Positions 1 through 12,924 of a stretch of DNA of 64,000 nt are shown here, in pieces (positions within the stretch are counted from its first letter, which is position 1; the number at the start of each line of letters is the position of its first letter). Source of the DNA: Octopus bimaculoides. Its lineage: Eukaryota. Location of the stretch: contig NC_068986.1 in the NCBI RefSeq assembly GCF_001194135.2, positions 96,241,093 to 96,305,092 on the forward strand. The letters are read 5' to 3'. Under the pieces are notes generated by a model. That model had not been told where the DNA came from. It worked only from the letters and a program-made list of their open reading frames with translations, and ran no database searches. The translations under genes were made by a program, and so were the position numbers.

Positions 1-48
<48 letters not shown>

Positions 49-49
49 G

Positions 50-81
<32 letters not shown>

Positions 82-89
82 TACAGAAG

Positions 90-1570
90 TTAGGGGCAAA
101 TGAAAGCTCTGCTAGCTATGTACAGGAGTGCTGTCAGTAAGTTGAAAGTTGACAATGTGCACAGCGAGGAATTTAGTGTTCAGATAGAAGTTCACCAACG
201 CCCAGTTCTCAATGGCCTCTTGTTTATCTTAGTCCTCCAGTCCATAACAGAGAAATTTAAGACTGGTTGCCTGTGAGAGCTTCTCTATGTTGGTGACCTT
301 GTTCTTATAGCTGAATCTAGAGAAAAATTTTAAATAAAATTCCAGATATTGAAAGCAAAACCTGGAATCTAAGGGCTTTATGATTAACTTAGAAAAAGCC
401 AAAGTTTTATCAAATAGGAAAACAGAAAACCACAAATCACTTCAGAAAAATGACCCTGCTCAATATGCAGAAAAAGCATTGGTAGAAATTCTATATAGTC
501 CTACCAGGTGCACAATATAGACAGACATATAAGAGTTATTGTGGAAACACAGCAAGGTTAACAAAGCAAATAAGTTTTGTATATGGCAGAAGCATAGGAG
601 CAATACACAGTAAGAATCCATATGAAATAGATTTTCTCAAATACACAGCAGGATCCTTAAAGGTAGTAGACAATATCTGTTACCTAGGTGATCTAATTAG
701 CAGTGGAGGAGGATGCTCAGAAAGCAGAGTTGCTAGAATAAGAATTGGCTGGAGAAAGTTCAGAGAGCTGTTACCTCTGTTGGTAAATAAAGACTTCTCT
801 CTTGGAGTAAAAAGTTTGTTTATGAAGAGCAATGTTGTTGTTGTTGGCACTCCGTCGCTTACGACGTTCAGGGTTCCAGTTGATCCGATCAACGGAACAG
901 CCTGCTCATGAAATTAACGTGCAAGTGGCTGAGCACCCCACAGACACGTGTACCCTTAACGTAGTTCTCGGGGATATTCAGCGTGACAGTGTGACAAGGC
1001 TGACCCTTTGAATTACAGGCACAACAGAAACAGGAAGTAAGAGTGAGAGAAAGTTGTGGTGGAAGAGTATAGCAGGGTTCGCCACCATCCCCTGCCGGAG
1101 CCTCGTGGAACTTTTAGGTGTTTTTGCTCAATAAACACTCACAACGCCTGGTCTGGGAATCGAAACCACGATTCTATGACCGCAAGTCCGCTGCCCTAAC
1201 CACTGGGCCATTGCACGTCCACTAAGAGCAATGTAAATCATAGTGAAATGTGGGTTGCAAATACAGATGACTAACAAAGGCAAGAAGAAAATGAAGCTAG
1301 CATGTTTTGCTGGATGTGCAACATCAGTGTGAAAAACTGGGCAAAAGAGGAATCAGATGAAGTGTGGTAAGAGAGATAAACTGTGTTTGTTTGGCCCTGT
1401 GATGTGTACGGATGAGGACAGCTGCATAAAGAAGTGCCAGTAGCTAGAACTTGTGGAAGAGAGAAACCAGGGAAGATCTCGGACAAGTTAGGAAGAATGA
1501 CCTCCAGATGTTGAGTCTCGCAGAGAAGAGGACAAAGGATTGAAATAGTTGGTGATCTGCTGTGCTCAAG
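90..1570 (+). mobile_element. Degenerate RTE-clade LINE, RT domain to C-terminus, split by a SINE at 836-1223
   Basis: Frames read VHQRPVLNGLLFILVLQSITEKFKTGCL*ELLYVGDLVLIAES (decayed GVHQGS and YADD motifs), YLGDLISSGGGCSES and RIRIGWRKFRELLPLL, ending NDLQMLSLAEKRTKD*NSW*SAVLKKT. Many stops and frameshifts. Confidence 0.85.
836..1223 (-). mobile_element. tRNA-derived SINE family A, (CAA)n tail, 11-bp TSD
   Basis: Head caatggcccagtggttagggcagcggac...gtttcgattccc carries A/B-box-like motifs. TSD aagagcaatgt at 825-835 and 1224-1234. Three further near-identical copies in the window. Confidence 0.9.
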
Positions 1571-2272
1571 AAAACTTGTCTTTCTCAACACAAGTAATGT
1601 CCTAAAAGCATTATCATTTATGTCTATGTCACTACATCTATCTGTCGCTGACATTGTCTCTTCCCCATAACTCATCTTCCTAATACCCTCACTATCATTC
1701 TCCTGACTATGGCAATATTCACTCAGCAGCTGTAATTATATGGAAGCAGAACTGAATATATTTCATCTACTATCTTTTTTTGCACTCCCACTCACCCTCT
1801 CTGGAGCTGTTTACTTTTTTTCTCTCATTCTCAGTATCATCTCCTACTCTGTAGAAGCCTCTTCTGCTATCTTAAAGATTGTAGTGTGTTAGTGTGGACA
1901 TGTATGCTTTTCATTGACCAATCTGTTTGTTGTTGTAGCTTAGATCCAGGTCAGCCCTTACCCAGCACATAGAATATTTAAGACCAATGGGAGTTGGGGG
2001 TATGACAGTAGCATGTGAGTTGAGAGACCTCTTTTACCTCTTTTAATATGCTTATCCTTATATATCATCATCATTTAACGTCCGCTTTCCATGCCAGCAT
2101 AGGTTGGACAATTTGACTGAGGACTGGTGAACCAGGTGGCTACACCAGGCTCCAATTTGATTTGGCAGAGTTTCTACAGCTGGATGCCCTTCCTAACACC
2201 AACCATATATATAATTTAAATAATAAGGGTGTAAAATTGAATATTAATTTGATTAATATCAATTTATAACCT

Positions 2273-2303
<31 letters not shown>

Positions 2304-2949
2304 TCACATATATATATATGAAATTTTGAATTTAGTTCACTAACCCTCAGTACTACCTTTGCAGACCACCAGGGGACCGCAGACCACAGGTTGGGAACCA
2401 GATATAAAACCTTCCGTGGGCTTAGCCAGTTGTTTGTGTGTACATTTGTTAATATTATTGTTTAGCCTACTGTTATCCATGACTCAGTGATCAAACCCAT
2501 CCCAACCATGACCATACTGTCTTATTCTTTATTTGATTTATATTTACTTATTCTCAGGATAATCAAACCTGTTACCACATTATTCTATAAGTATTTTACC
2601 CTTTAAGTCAGCAGGGTGTGATATGAGGATGAATTAGTGATCTTTTGCACATGTTGTTTAGTTCCATGTTCACTATGAACGAGCAGATAGATGATCAGTC
2701 TAGTGAGTCCCTTTTTTATTCAGCGGGTCAGGAGTGCTGCTATTATTCAGAAGGGGAAGTATAGCGTCCATGATCTCATTTCAAGGCCTCTAAAACAGCT
2801 ACAAAGAAAGGGGAGAAGTTTGAAAGACCTGACCAGAATGCTTGCAACAGAGCCCTACCTAGCACTGGATTAACCATTAAGCAAAATAAGCACGTGCTTA
2901 GGGCATCAAGAGAAGTAGGGAGTACCACAGAAATGGTAAATGGTTTACA

Positions 2950-3270
2950 GCACAAAAGAAATTACTTTAAACTTGCTAAAATAATATTCGGGATGCCTTT
3001 ATCTCTACCACGTATAGATGCAGATGTGTTATCTAAGATTAATTTTGAGGATCTCATCAAAGACTTCACAATTCAAAAAAGTAGGAGGAAACTTTTAAAA
3101 TATAAATAAAGTGGAAGTATACAAAAATATTATTCTTACTGCTTTGTTTCGTCTTGAAAAATAAAAATTTATTTTATGGTTTGTTGTTTATATTTTGAAT
3201 TACATAATCTTTTATAAGGCACCAAAATCTTTAAGGGCTTAGGGCCTCGATGGGTCTTAATCCGGCACTG
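2950..3270 (+). mobile_element. hAT-superfamily transposon 3' remnant (transposase C-terminus plus right end)
   Basis: Peptide SLPRIDADVLSKINFEDLIKDFTIQKSRRK* resembles the hAT dimerisation-domain end (L-SIE..L..I.F.D.I.DFA..K.RR). Terminus gggcctcgatgggtcttaatccggcactg is typical of hAT right ends. Confidence 0.65.
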
Positions 3271-3618
3271 GCCCTACCATCGAAGATCGTCTGCTAAACA
3301 TTACTTACAAGCTGTGTCATTTTAAATCATGGGGACGGTGGGTTGTTGCTCAGAGGGTCCACGGGTTTAGCGGGTCCGTATGCCAAACTATGTACACTGT
3401 AGCTTGTTGTCGATGAACAAATACAAGTCTTGTGCAAGCGAGAGGGGTGGGGTTATAATGATGTGAAAACAACACTGCTCGCAATGCTTCGGTCGACCTG
3501 AACCTAAAGTAGAAAACACTTTCCTAGGTTGCCGCGTAATCTGGTCGAAACCCAAACCACGTAGTTGTGAGGCAAACTTCTTGACTGTGCATCAATGCGC
3601 CAATATTCAACACGGGTG

Positions 3619-3750
3619 TTCCGCCGAGGTCGACTTTACCTTTCATCCTTTCAGAGTCGATAATTAAGTACCAGTTGCGTACTGAGGTCGATCTAATCGA
3701 CTACCCCCGCCTAATCCAAATTTTCGGGCCTTGTGCCTAGAGTAGAAACG
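3619..3750 (+). mobile_element. 5'-truncated tRNA-derived SINE (family E), 17-bp TSD
   Basis: TSD aatattcaacacgggtg at 3602-3618 and 3751-3767. Body ttccgccgaggtcgacttt...gataattaagtaccag is shared with copies at 5930-6115 and 21672-21901. Confidence 0.88.
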
Positions 3751-4011
3751 AATATTCAACACGGGTGAAATTTTGTGGAGATTGTACTGCTATTTCTAAC
3801 AGGTCGGGCAACCCTTTATAGGCTCCATCGTTGACCGGTTCTGCATTTAATCTGTGGTGTTATGCAGCACGGCACAGTATTTTGTGGAGCTAATATTTCT
3901 GATACTACTGCTATTTCTATGACTTGTATTAACCATCGTTCTTTGTCACTACAGAATAATAGAGTAAATGTATTTTTAGCATTTCTTGGGGGAAAAGTAA
4001 TATTTTTGGTG

Positions 4012-4352
4012 GAGATGGAATATATGTAATCTGGGTATACCCCCCCCCCTTTTAAATTTTGTTTTTTTTACGGAATCCTGTTTCAGACCATGGAGAATCC
4101 GATTCTGAAAAAAAAATTTCAAAAANNNNNNNNNNNNNNNNNNNNNNNNNNNNNNNNNNNNNNNNNNNNNNNNNNNNNNNNNNNNNNNNNNNNNNNNNNN
4201 NNNNNNNNNNNNNNNNNNNNNNNNNNNNNNNNNNNNNNNNNNNNNNNNNNNNTTTTTTTCAGAATCGGAATCTCCATAGCCTAAAACGTGGGATTCCGTA
4301 AAAAAAATTAATAAATAAGGGGGGGAGGTTCAGATTATATATAGTCCATCTC
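4012..4352. repeat. Imperfect ~100-bp inverted repeat flanking an N-gap (probable DNA-transposon subterminal/foldback structure)
   Basis: Left arm gagatggaatatatgtaatctg...tacggaatcc...catggagaatccgattctgaaaaaaa is the reverse complement of the right arm tttttttcagaatcggaatctccatag...ggattccgta...cagattatatatagtccatctc. Confidence 0.8.
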
Positions 4353-4653
4353 TAGCATATTTTTAAAGATAGTTTTATGGAATTTATTTGTTTTAATGTT
4401 ATTGTATACTGAATGAATGCGTGGGAAATTTTAGTTTGTTGTTGTCTAGTTAAGGCGGGAAATTTTCGACCCAGAAAACACATCAACAATAACAATTAAG
4501 TTTTGTAAGCCATGCTCCGTAAACCAGTGTATATATACGGCTATTCTTGTTTTCACGGTCCTAAATCCAAGAAGCGACGATCCCTAAAAGAAGTCCCATA
4601 CCTAATGGAAAAGGTACGGAAATAGAAGACAAGAATGAAAAAAATTGAAATTT

Positions 4654-4980
4654 TTAGAATCGTAAATTCCGTTGTATGAAAAACATTATCGGAACATATT
4701 TCGAATTTAGTTTTTGTTCAAACCTTTTAAGGTCATCGATTTTTCTGATCGTAAAAGCCAGGATATCCGACATCAACATTTCTTTCTTTTTCTCATACAT
4801 ATCGTCTTCTTATATTATGAATAATTGATAAATTCATAATTTAGTTGATTGCATCTCGTGCATTGAAATCGATAATTAGTTAAATTTTCTGGTAGTCCAC
4901 AGTCCTGCCTAATATGCAACTCATGCACCCTTCCTTCACATTTTTGGCAATGCTTAGCAACCGAAAAACAAGAACCTACC
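4654..4980 (-). pseudogene. Frameshifted coding relic with a PHD-like Cys/His motif, probably transposon-borne
   Basis: VGSCFSVAKHCQKCEGRVHELHIRQDCGLPENLTNYRFQCTRCNQLNYEF, continuing in another frame as EDDMYEKKKEMLMSDILAFTIRKIDDLKRFEQKLNSKYVPIMFF. Adjacent to the inverted repeat. Confidence 0.4.
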
Positions 4981-5069
4981 CTTGCAAAAGACAGTTGAAT
5001 GTAAAAATTCATGACAAGGTTACAGAAGTGGAACGAAAATATTCTGAGATAAAGTAAAAACAATTTAAT

Positions 5070-5390
5070 AAGTAATAAGAGCGCAAACCTCCGCCAAAGC
5101 AACACCAACGTTAGAATATCTGAAATAAACTCGACTGCTCACACAAACAAGAATATTAAAAATGAACACGACCGTTCTCAAAAATTAAGTGAAAAAAAAA
5201 ACAGGAAAAAAATCCAGCATCCTTGTCCGGTACCGGATCGATCCCCAAATCTAATCAGTTCATGCCAGTCACGAAGCCAAACATCTCTGAAAGTTTCATC
5301 CGAATCCATCAAGCAGTTTTTGAGATATCTTGTCCACGGACAAACAAACATGACTGAATACAATAGCTCCCGGTTAGGCGGAGGTAAAAA
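5070..5390 (+). mobile_element. Non-autonomous Helentron/HINE-like element
   Basis: Subterminal inverted motif acctccgcc (~5087) and ggcggaggt (~5378). The 3' part aagtttcatccgaatccatc...gagatatcttgtccacggacaaacaaaca and a degenerate terminal hairpin match the architecture I recall for HINE/DINE-like elements. Confidence 0.6.
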
Positions 5391-5929
5391 TCAAAAGTGT
5401 GAAAGAATAGTGCGTTACACACATGTGTGTATGTGTGTTTATAATAGGCAGTACCTTGGGGGTACGAAAAGAAAATTAATTAATGAATTTTCATATCATC
5501 ATAAATCTTGGGAAATAACAACTTTAAAATGTATTAATTAAATTTCAGATTATTTTAAACACTTATCACTTTTTTTTTTTTTGAAAATTTTAATGATCTC
5601 ATTATACACATAAAGAGGAAACTTCTACGGGAGGGGGATCATTCGATCTGCTATAAATAGCAGCAGCCAAATCGCATAGTGGAAGGTGTTCAAAAAGAAA
5701 AACATCGAACAAGGAAGTCTTAAATATATTATGCCTTAATAAAAGATGCGACAATCACATCGCGAACAAGTTTGTTGGCAGAATCGTTAGAGCCTTGAAC
5801 AAAATGCTACTACAACTCTTAACGTTTTGAGTTCAAATCCTGCCAAGTTCAAAGACTTTGATCTTTCCAGAGTCGATAAAATAATATACTGGTCCAGTAC
5901 TTGGGTCGATTCAATATTCCTACAATGAA

Positions 5930-6115
5930 AAGGCGGTGAGCTGGTAGAATCGTTAGTACACCGGGCTAAACGCTTAGCGGCATTTCGCTTGTCTTTATGT
6001 TCTCGGTTCAAATTCCTCCGACTTTGTCTTTCGTCCTTCCGGGGTCGATAAAAGAAGTACCAGTTGAACAGTGGGGTCAATATAATTAACCTACCCACTT
6101 CGCCAAAATTTTGAA
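5930..6115 (+). mobile_element. tRNA-derived SINE family E, diverged copy
   Basis: ggcggtgagctggtagaatcgttag...ggttcaaattcc head and ggggtcgataaaagaagtaccag body. Confidence 0.8.
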
Positions 6116-7568
6116 ACCAATTTTCCTAAACTAAGAAAAGCCAGAGTTGACCTGGGGTTAAACAGCAGCAATAATATTAATGATTTGTAAATTTGAGAGA
6201 TGTAATGTATGAAATTGACCGCAATACTTGACTGGTGCTTATTTTGTCATCTCTGAAATAACTAATAATTTCAACCTTGGCAGGATTCGAACGCGGAAAA
6301 CATAAAGGGAGATAATTGAATGTCTGTTGCTCTACCGATTCTTTCACACAAAGGCACGTACATTAGACACGTACATTCTATTATATACTACACACTAACA
6401 TCGATAGTACTATACATACAATTCTAAGCACATATACATATAGCGAAATCAGCTACAGAAACACAGTTTTATCCATATCTGTGTAAAATGGGCAATCCTT
6501 ATGAAAAGAGGTTCGATTCCTGGTCGCATTTCGTTTACACGTGGTGGACTAAGTCAGATCATATGAAATACTTCGAAAATATTGAATGGGTATTTTAGTT
6601 TCTCAAAGTTCTTAGTTCAACTTCCACCGGACTCATATCGATTTTTTTTTCTTATCTTTTACACGTGAAGGTGTGATCGTAAGATCGTAGTTTCGATTAC
6701 TGGACGAGCAGTGCGTTGTGTTCTTGAGCCAAACACTCCATTTCATGATGCTCCAGTTCACTCAGCTGTAAATGAGTTCCAGCAATAGCCAAAAAGTTAA
6801 CCATGCGACCATCGCCCTGAAAAAAGTAATTTCGACCACTTATACGACATCGGAACCAGGTTTAGCTCCGGGTTTTTAAATAGGCACAGGGGCTCAAATT
6901 TTTACTATAGGCACACGGTGGCTACTACGTGACCGACTCTATACCAACCACCTACGAATTTGTAACATTTGCATCTGTGATAAAAAAAAAAAAATATGAA
7001 TGTAGACAGTGGAGTGACAAAAGGTTGTGTACCGAACCGAAACACCTCAAAACATTTGGTATTGTTGATTTCATTTGCTCTTAATCACTTCTATATCGAT
7101 AAGCACCAGTCATATTCTGAGATCAGACTAATCGACGATTTATTTCTCCAACGAATGTTTATAGATAGACAGATAGATTAAAGTTAGCTCTGAGTTCAAA
7201 TCCAGTTGACGGTAACTTAAGCAGTCAACTACTTGAGTTGATTTAATCCATAAAAAAAAATGTACGCTTTTGCGCCTGTGTTAGAAATCATTGATATTGC
7301 AAATGAAGATAAGAATATTTCTCATAAACATTAATGAGGTTATTGGATAAGTACTGCAAAAGCTTCGTCTTCATTTAGTGTGTATGTGTGCGCGCGCGCG
7401 AGCAGGCGCACGTGTGTGAGAAGGTCAAGACAATTAGTTTGACAGGGCCCATCATTCTGGCAAGAACGTGGAGTAAATTAAATGAAGGGCCCAACCAGGA
7501 TTCGAGCCTACATAACAGACTTGGCTTACTCGAGAAGTTTATCACTTTACTGCATTCGGAATATATAA

Positions 7569-7634
<66 letters not shown>

Positions 7635-10387
7635 TTGTGAACTACAGACCTTTATATATAGAGGACAGCACAAACACGTACCATCACCACTATAACCTAA
7701 TTCGCTCCCCTCCCCCCCCAAAAAAATAAAGAACAGCAGCAGTATGACCGGGTGTATAGCGGGTTTCTATACAGTCTCTGTATTCAGTCCTCTATAGATG
7801 TTTAGAATAGCAGATCGGTGATACACGATATGAGGAGGGGGAGAGACGTGTGACTCATCGACCTTTTTATGAAACACACGACAGACTGATAGAGATGGGG
7901 GTCTTTTTGTTGTTGAAATGGGTGTGACAGCCGGCTCACAATCACACAGATAGGGATATACAGACACTCACTGCCATATACATATACCTACACAATGACA
8001 TTAAAAAAATTGCTTAGTTAATAACGGATAAAGTAGAACGTTCTACTTTGCCTGTAATTTGCTTTCATTTCTCACCCCCGCTCTTTATCTCCTCTTCTTT
8101 CTCTCCCCCCTCTATATCTCCCCCTCCCTTTCTCTATCCATCTATTTACCTCTATCTCTCTCTTCAAATCCTGCTTTGTCTTTCTCTATTTAGTCTCCTG
8201 TACTCTAGTATTATCAAATATGTTTTTTTTTTATTAAGGCACAAGGTGAGCAGTTTTAAGGGAAAGGGTCAATTGATACCATCGACCCCAGTACTTGACT
8301 GTTTATATATTTTATCTACCCGGAAATGATGAAATCCAAAGTTGATCTCGGCTATATTTGAACACATTCTTCTAGGCAACAAGTTCAAACTCAGTTTCAT
8401 GGAGGCTTCAAAGAACAAAAACAGGGGTACAACCCCTTCCTATAGACTTATTGGGAGTTGACTTGATACGTGCCAGTAATGTACTGTTTCAATTGAGCTG
8501 ATCGTAACCACTGTGACATTGTGACAGTTTAAAGAGACTATAATTTAGAGCGTTAAATAAAAACAGTAGGTAAGCAGGTGTCTTGTGACATTTAACCTCT
8601 TGTTCAAATCCTGTACAGGTCGATAACACGAGGCACAATATTATACTGAGATTGATTCGATCGATGGAACATCCTTCCGCAGACTAAATACTGGCTGTGT
8701 GCCACAAACAGTAAACATGATTAGTCACGATAGTTGGTAGACTTTGGATTGTCTGCTTCGTCATGAATCAGGCTAGAAATAAAGACTAAAAAATTGAGAA
8801 GCATTAACACCATGCAGAGGCGAAGCAGGGAAGGCAAGTGGGTGTAGTCACCTCCCGGAAGCAGGTGTAAAAGGTGGAATGTGTAAATTACCTCTTGTTT
8901 ATTCTGCTTGTTAATTAAAGTGAGGATGCCAAAACTATCTGTGGCCCCAGGCACTGAGATACCATACCATGCTACTAACACCATAGCTTTCTCTCTCACT
9001 ATAAATCTGAGAATCTATACCTAGTCAAAAATAATGATGGCTTCTGATTTAGGCACAAAAACAGTCAGTAAATAGTTGTAAAGTCAGTCAATACCATTGA
9101 ACCCAGAGCTTGACTGGTATATTATTTTATTGGCTCCGGAGAGATTAGAGGCAATGTAGATCTCAATGAGATTTGAACTTGTAACATACCATAAGGCACT
9201 TTCCTTCCAACACTCTAACGATTCTGCCAGCTTGCTACTGTGTTCAGACGAAGGGTCAGACCCATTATGTAATTATCCTCTTCATATAGAATAAGACCTT
9301 ATTCAAATTGACAAACTTCACTGTATAATTTTTTGGCCAATGCACACTACCTCAAATTTCAATGAAATCTTTAAATTTAGGTTAATTTTTGTTAATATTA
9401 CATTAGCACCAGCAGTACCTCAAACCAATCAGGTAGTTCCAGCATGATCACTTGACTTTCTTGAAATAACAGCCAAAATACAATGAATAGATTGAGGTGG
9501 TGGAGTCATAATTTGAATGTCTTTAATCAGGGGTCTTTTAGTTAAAGGTTGAACATGGATGAAACAACAACTACAATATTGATTTCTTTGATTATTATTA
9601 GAACCTTGGATCTTTAGTGGTTGAGGTTGAGGAAGTAGATTTCTAACAATAGCATAATGCCATAAATTTGGCCAAAGGGTAAAATGTCATGCAGTATTTA
9701 ATTACATTCCTTTATATTTTGAATTCAATTCTTGCTAAGTTTAGTTTTGCTTTATCTACTTCCAGGGCCCATAAAACAAATGTCAGTCAATTATTAAGCT
9801 TAATCATCATCATCATTTTAACGTCCTCTTTTCCATGCTTGCATGGGTCAGATAGAGTTAATTGAAGCAGATTTTATACAGCCAAATGCCCTTCCTGTTA
9901 CCAACCATCACCTGTTTCCAAGCAAAATTCATATAATCGATTTATTTCCCTTCCACAAAATTTGGAGATGATATTTGGCCAATTTAATAGCTTCAATATT
10001 TGAATGCTATTTTATCAACCCCCAAAAGGAAAAAGACAAAACCAGTCCCAACAGAATTTGAACTGAAAATAAAGACCACAATGCATTTTGTCCAACACTC
10101 CCCTACTTCTGTTGCTCCGTCACTTAAAGAACACCAACGATAATAACAATAATTATAATAGTATTTTCTTTATTTGTTACAAGGGCTCAGTAAAAGGAGG
10201 CATTGGAAAGACAAACAACTGAGATATACAAAATGTCACTGATACATCAGTTGAAAATATATGTATGAGTGTATGTATGTATTAGTTTATTTAAAATTAC
10301 AAGCAATAAGAATATATGGATAACATGTTATAAATAATACAATACATGTATTAAGGTAGTAAGCTGGCAGGGTAGTCAGCACATTAG

Positions 10388-10770
10388 TGGAGGCACAATG
10401 GCCCAGTGGTTAGGGCAGCGGACTCGCAGTCATAGGATAGTGGTTTCGATTCCCAGACCGGGCGTTGTGAGTGTTTACTGAGTGAAAACACCTAAAGCTC
10501 CACGAGGCTCCGGCAGGGGATGGTGGCGAACCCTGCTGTACTCTTTCACCACAACTTTCTCTCACTCTTACTTCCTGTTTCTGTTGTGCCTGTAATTCAA
10601 AGGGTCAGCCTTGTCACACTGTGTCACTCTGAATATCCTCGAGAACTACATCAAAGGTACACGTGTCTGTGGAGTACTCAGCCACTTGCTCGTTAATTTC
10701 ACGAGCAAGCTGTTCCATTGATCGGATCAACTGGAACCCTCGACATCGTAAGCGACGGAGTACCAACAAC
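10388..10770 (+). mobile_element. SINE family A, full length, 14-bp TSD
   Basis: TSD agtcagcacattag at 10374-10387 and 10771-10784; tRNA-like head and caacaac tail. Confidence 0.92.
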
Positions 10771-10950
10771 AGTCAGCACATTAGATAGAAGATCATCAGA
10801 AGATATACTTTCTGATGGTTTGTGTTCTGAGTTCAAATCCTGTCATGGTCAGTTATACCTTTCATCCTTTCTGTGTTGATAAAAAAAGTACCAATCCAGG
10901 ATGGTGGATTGGTATAACTCTCTCTCTTCTGGTTTTTTGTATTCTTCCAG

Positions 10951-11063
10951 CAACACTTGCAATAATACTAATGTTAAATTGTATCAACCTTTGGTGATAG
11001 CCTTTCTTTTAGACAACATCAAAGAAGAGACATGGATGCATATGAAACTGCATACAGGTGTAG
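10951..11063 (+). CDS. Putative internal exon of an unidentified gene (gene X)
   Basis: Acceptor tctctcttctggttttttgtattcttccag and donor ag|gtaaat. Only one frame is open: NTCNNTNVKLYQPLVIAFLLDNIKEETWMHMKLHTGV (phase 2 to 1). Confidence 0.5.
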
Positions 11064-11448
11064 GTAAATAATCAACCCTAACTAACAGAAGCCAAAAATA
11101 ATAATGAGAGCTTCCTAGGACTGATCAGATGATGCTTTGAAACACAATGTATTCTTCCTGTTGTCAGTCAAATGACAAAATCATACTGTCCAACAGTGCT
11201 AGACTTACCAGTTGTCAGTTACTTCAAACAGTGAAATGAACAGTATATTGTGAGGAAACATAGAAATCTAATATAGATAATGTAGTCCTAGACATATGAA
11301 AACACTCCCATTATTGGCCCTGCATGAAACATTAGACATCTCCTCTTCCTCGTGTCAAAATAGTTTACACCTCTTTGCAAGCCTTTTCATATTCACTATA
11401 TGCTAACACAGAACATCACTAGTTTTCTCAGATTCTACTGTTTCAATT

Positions 11449-11845
11449 TGTTGTTGTTGTTGTTGTTGGCACTCCGTCGCTTACGACGTTGAGGGTTCCA
11501 GTTGATCCAATGAACGGAACAGCCTGCTCATGAAATTAACATGCAAGTGGCTGAGCACTCCACAGACACGTGTACCCTTAACATAGTTCTCGGGGATATT
11601 CAGCGTGACACAGTGTGACAAGGCTGACCCTTTGAATTACAGGCACAACAGAAACAGGAAGTAAGAGTGCGAGAAAGTTGTGGTGGAAGAGTACAGCAGG
11701 GTTCACCACCATCCCCTGCCGGAGCCTCGTGGAGCTTTAGGTGTTTTCGCTCAATAGACTCTCACAACGCCCGGTCTGGGAATCGAAATCACGATCCTAT
11801 GACTGCGAGTCCGCTGCCCTAACCACTGGGCCATTGCGCCTCCAC
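11449..11845 (-). mobile_element. SINE family A, full length, 12-bp TSD
   Basis: TSD actgtttcaatt at 11437-11448 and 11846-11857. Confidence 0.92.
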
Positions 11846-12855
11846 ACTGTTTCAATTAGATACATTTGAATAAAACAAAACTGTCCTGGGGCTAGACAAT
11901 AACAACTTTCATTTTGTGTAAGACGAGAAGACTTCGTTCAAAAGGGAAAAAAAACAAAAAAACCTGACTCTAAACCTTTCAGCTTTGACTACCAGGTTAT
12001 CATCACTTTTATCATAGCTACAGACATGAAAAAATATTTGACCTTCTTTACTGGTAGAAGACTGTGAAGAAAAAGCTTTCATGACAGCAAATGTTTGATA
12101 TATATGCCTGTAAGTAAGTCATGGTCATATAAAGATTGCAAGTGAGACAGTTCTGTCTGCCCTCTCACATTTCAGATATACCTCATTGTTTAAATATATT
12201 CCTGCATTCCTGTACAGCTTCTTATGATCTAATAATGACTCTTGATAGCACTGTAGACCAAGGATTTCTGAAAGTTATTTATAAGGCATAATCTGAAAAT
12301 CCTCTGGCAGAGTTTGCACAAGGTGTCATTGTTGATGTTCGAAGTTCCACTAAGCCAGCATTACTCTACTCTCCATTAACCATTTGTATAAAGTTCAGTT
12401 TATTGTTGCGGATTTAAACAAAAGGAAAAATCAAGGAAGTTGTTTTCTTCAACTTACATACTTCTACTCATTTAATAAGTGAAATCAACTCCACAACATA
12501 TAAAGACTTCATAAGGCATGTTGCCTTCTACAAATCATCATATGTTAGATGGACAAGGTTATTTATAAGATATCACATACAAAATACGTATCATTTCTAA
12601 TTTAATCACTGTCAACGAGTGTGCTAGACTTGAAGCATTTATTATAACATCTGATCTACTAGTAATCCAGCAGTTATAAAGAATTGTATGAAAGTTTAAG
12701 AAAGTGTTATTATTCAATTTACTATTTGCCACAAGATATATTGATGCAGTTTGGTGCAGCCCTCTGCTTTGTCAGTTCTTATCAAACAATCCAACCCATG
12801 CCAACATGGAAAACAGACATTAAATGATGTTGATGATGACACACATACATACATG

Positions 12856-12903
<48 letters not shown>

Positions 12904-12924
12904 AACACACACACATAAACACAC

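Noticed and set aside
3946-3960. cactacagaata as a CACTA terminus
   Set aside because: No matching inverted end or TSD found.
7385-7420. (CG)n run, also at 46700-46718, as a regulatory CpG island
   Set aside because: Short (CG)n expansions within (TG/CA)n microsatellites; no other promoter evidence.
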